Source of the DNA: Paraphysomonas bandaiensis
Lineage: Eukaryota > Protista > Chrysophyceae
Direction: 5' to 3'
NCBI GenBank assembly: GCA_965644295.1
Contig: CBFFRP010000520.1
Location: forward strand, 1-64,000
Length of the DNA: 64,000 bases
Shown: one piece after another, positions 63,396-64,000 of the stretch
How positions within the stretch are numbered: position 1 is the stretch's first letter
Layout: the number at the start of each line of letters is the position of its first letter
Position numbers and translations under genes: made by a program
Notes under the pieces: model-generated
Database searches by the model: none
Told to the model about the DNA's origin: nothing
Seen by the model: the letters and a program-made list of their open reading frames with translations, nothing else

Positions 63396-63906
63396 GCCCT
63401 CAACAAGCAAAGTCGGACTCGCACCTCTTCGTGGTGTTCTGGGGGATAAGTACCGGAGAGACTCTCTCTAGGAAACTAACGTGAGCGGCATATGTAGTCA
63501 GCAGATATTCTTCTGCCCACTCATAGCCGAATGCTTGTGTGATACAAGGGACACCAATAAGTGTCGCTTGTATAGACGTCTTTGGGCCCTGACGAATAAA
63601 CAGGCATCCGAGAATGGGCCCACCTCAAGGGCATCAGGGACAGGGCCCACCTGAAAGGTAACCGGGGTATTGGGCTGCCTGCTGCAGTCAAGCATCCGGA
63701 ATGTTTACCTTAAGAACTCAGAGCGGAAGTGGTCGCACATTGGTGATTGCGGCGACGCACAAGCAGCTTCCGTAGCGTTAAATAGTAGGATAAAAAAGTG
63801 TGTACTGATTTTACAGGTAGAGGTTAACTAGTTTGTCTAGCATTAATCTAGCTACTAAGTTGGTGCAGGTTTCTAACGCCTATTGTTAATAATAAGACTT
63901 TCAATA
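63396..63906 (+). mobile_element. Most complete family R copy (about 510 bp)
   Basis: Contains the 5' domain, middle, 3' GNRA hairpin and AT-rich tail shared with the other copies. Confidence 0.82.
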
Positions 63907-64000
63907 TATATTATTAAGTATTAAATCATATATATAAATGACATGTTTGTATATTATATACAACTCCAGGCCATAAGCTACAAGCAAACTTCAAACATAA

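Noticed and set aside
63585-63620. Hammerhead core CTGACGA in family R
   Set aside because: No stem II or GAAA, and the motif is not conserved in other copies (CTGACAA, TTGATGA).
63396-63906. Family R as a Fanzor/TnpB omega-RNA MITE
   Set aside because: No RuvC-like ORF and no matching TIRs in this window. It cannot be excluded without a genome-wide search, but nothing here supports it.

Overview
This is gene-dense eukaryotic nuclear DNA with short GT-AG introns of about 40-60 bp. A stramenopile/ochrophyte-like protist is my inference from gene content and transposon types. It holds about 17 spliced host genes: METTL13/EEF1AKNMT, YIPF5/7 (two copies), RMND5/GID2, two ZIP transporters, an ShK-aldo/keto reductase, a thioredoxin-fold protein, V-ATPase subunit e, a U-box/dynamin-like GTPase, PEX16, a choice-of-anchor-B protein, a PH/FYVE-like PI4-kinase, PCCB and several hypotheticals. 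Almost all sit in head-to-head pairs separated by AT-rich spacers full of transposon debris. Mobile DNA includes an intact Ty1/copia element (identical 265-bp LTRs, non-canonical TA...TT ends, GTGTC TSD), degenerate copia and hAT remnants, and MITEs. A dispersed non-coding family ('R', about 9 fragments) has a 5' end resembling an HDV-like ribozyme core and a 3' GNRA hairpin with a compensatory change. It looks like a ribozyme-headed non-autonomous retroposon, with a probable parent-ORF remnant at about 62.7-63.3 kb. A duplication with no visible mismatches (A-B-A-X-B) spans 6.2-15.4 kb. All calls are by eye; no searches were run.
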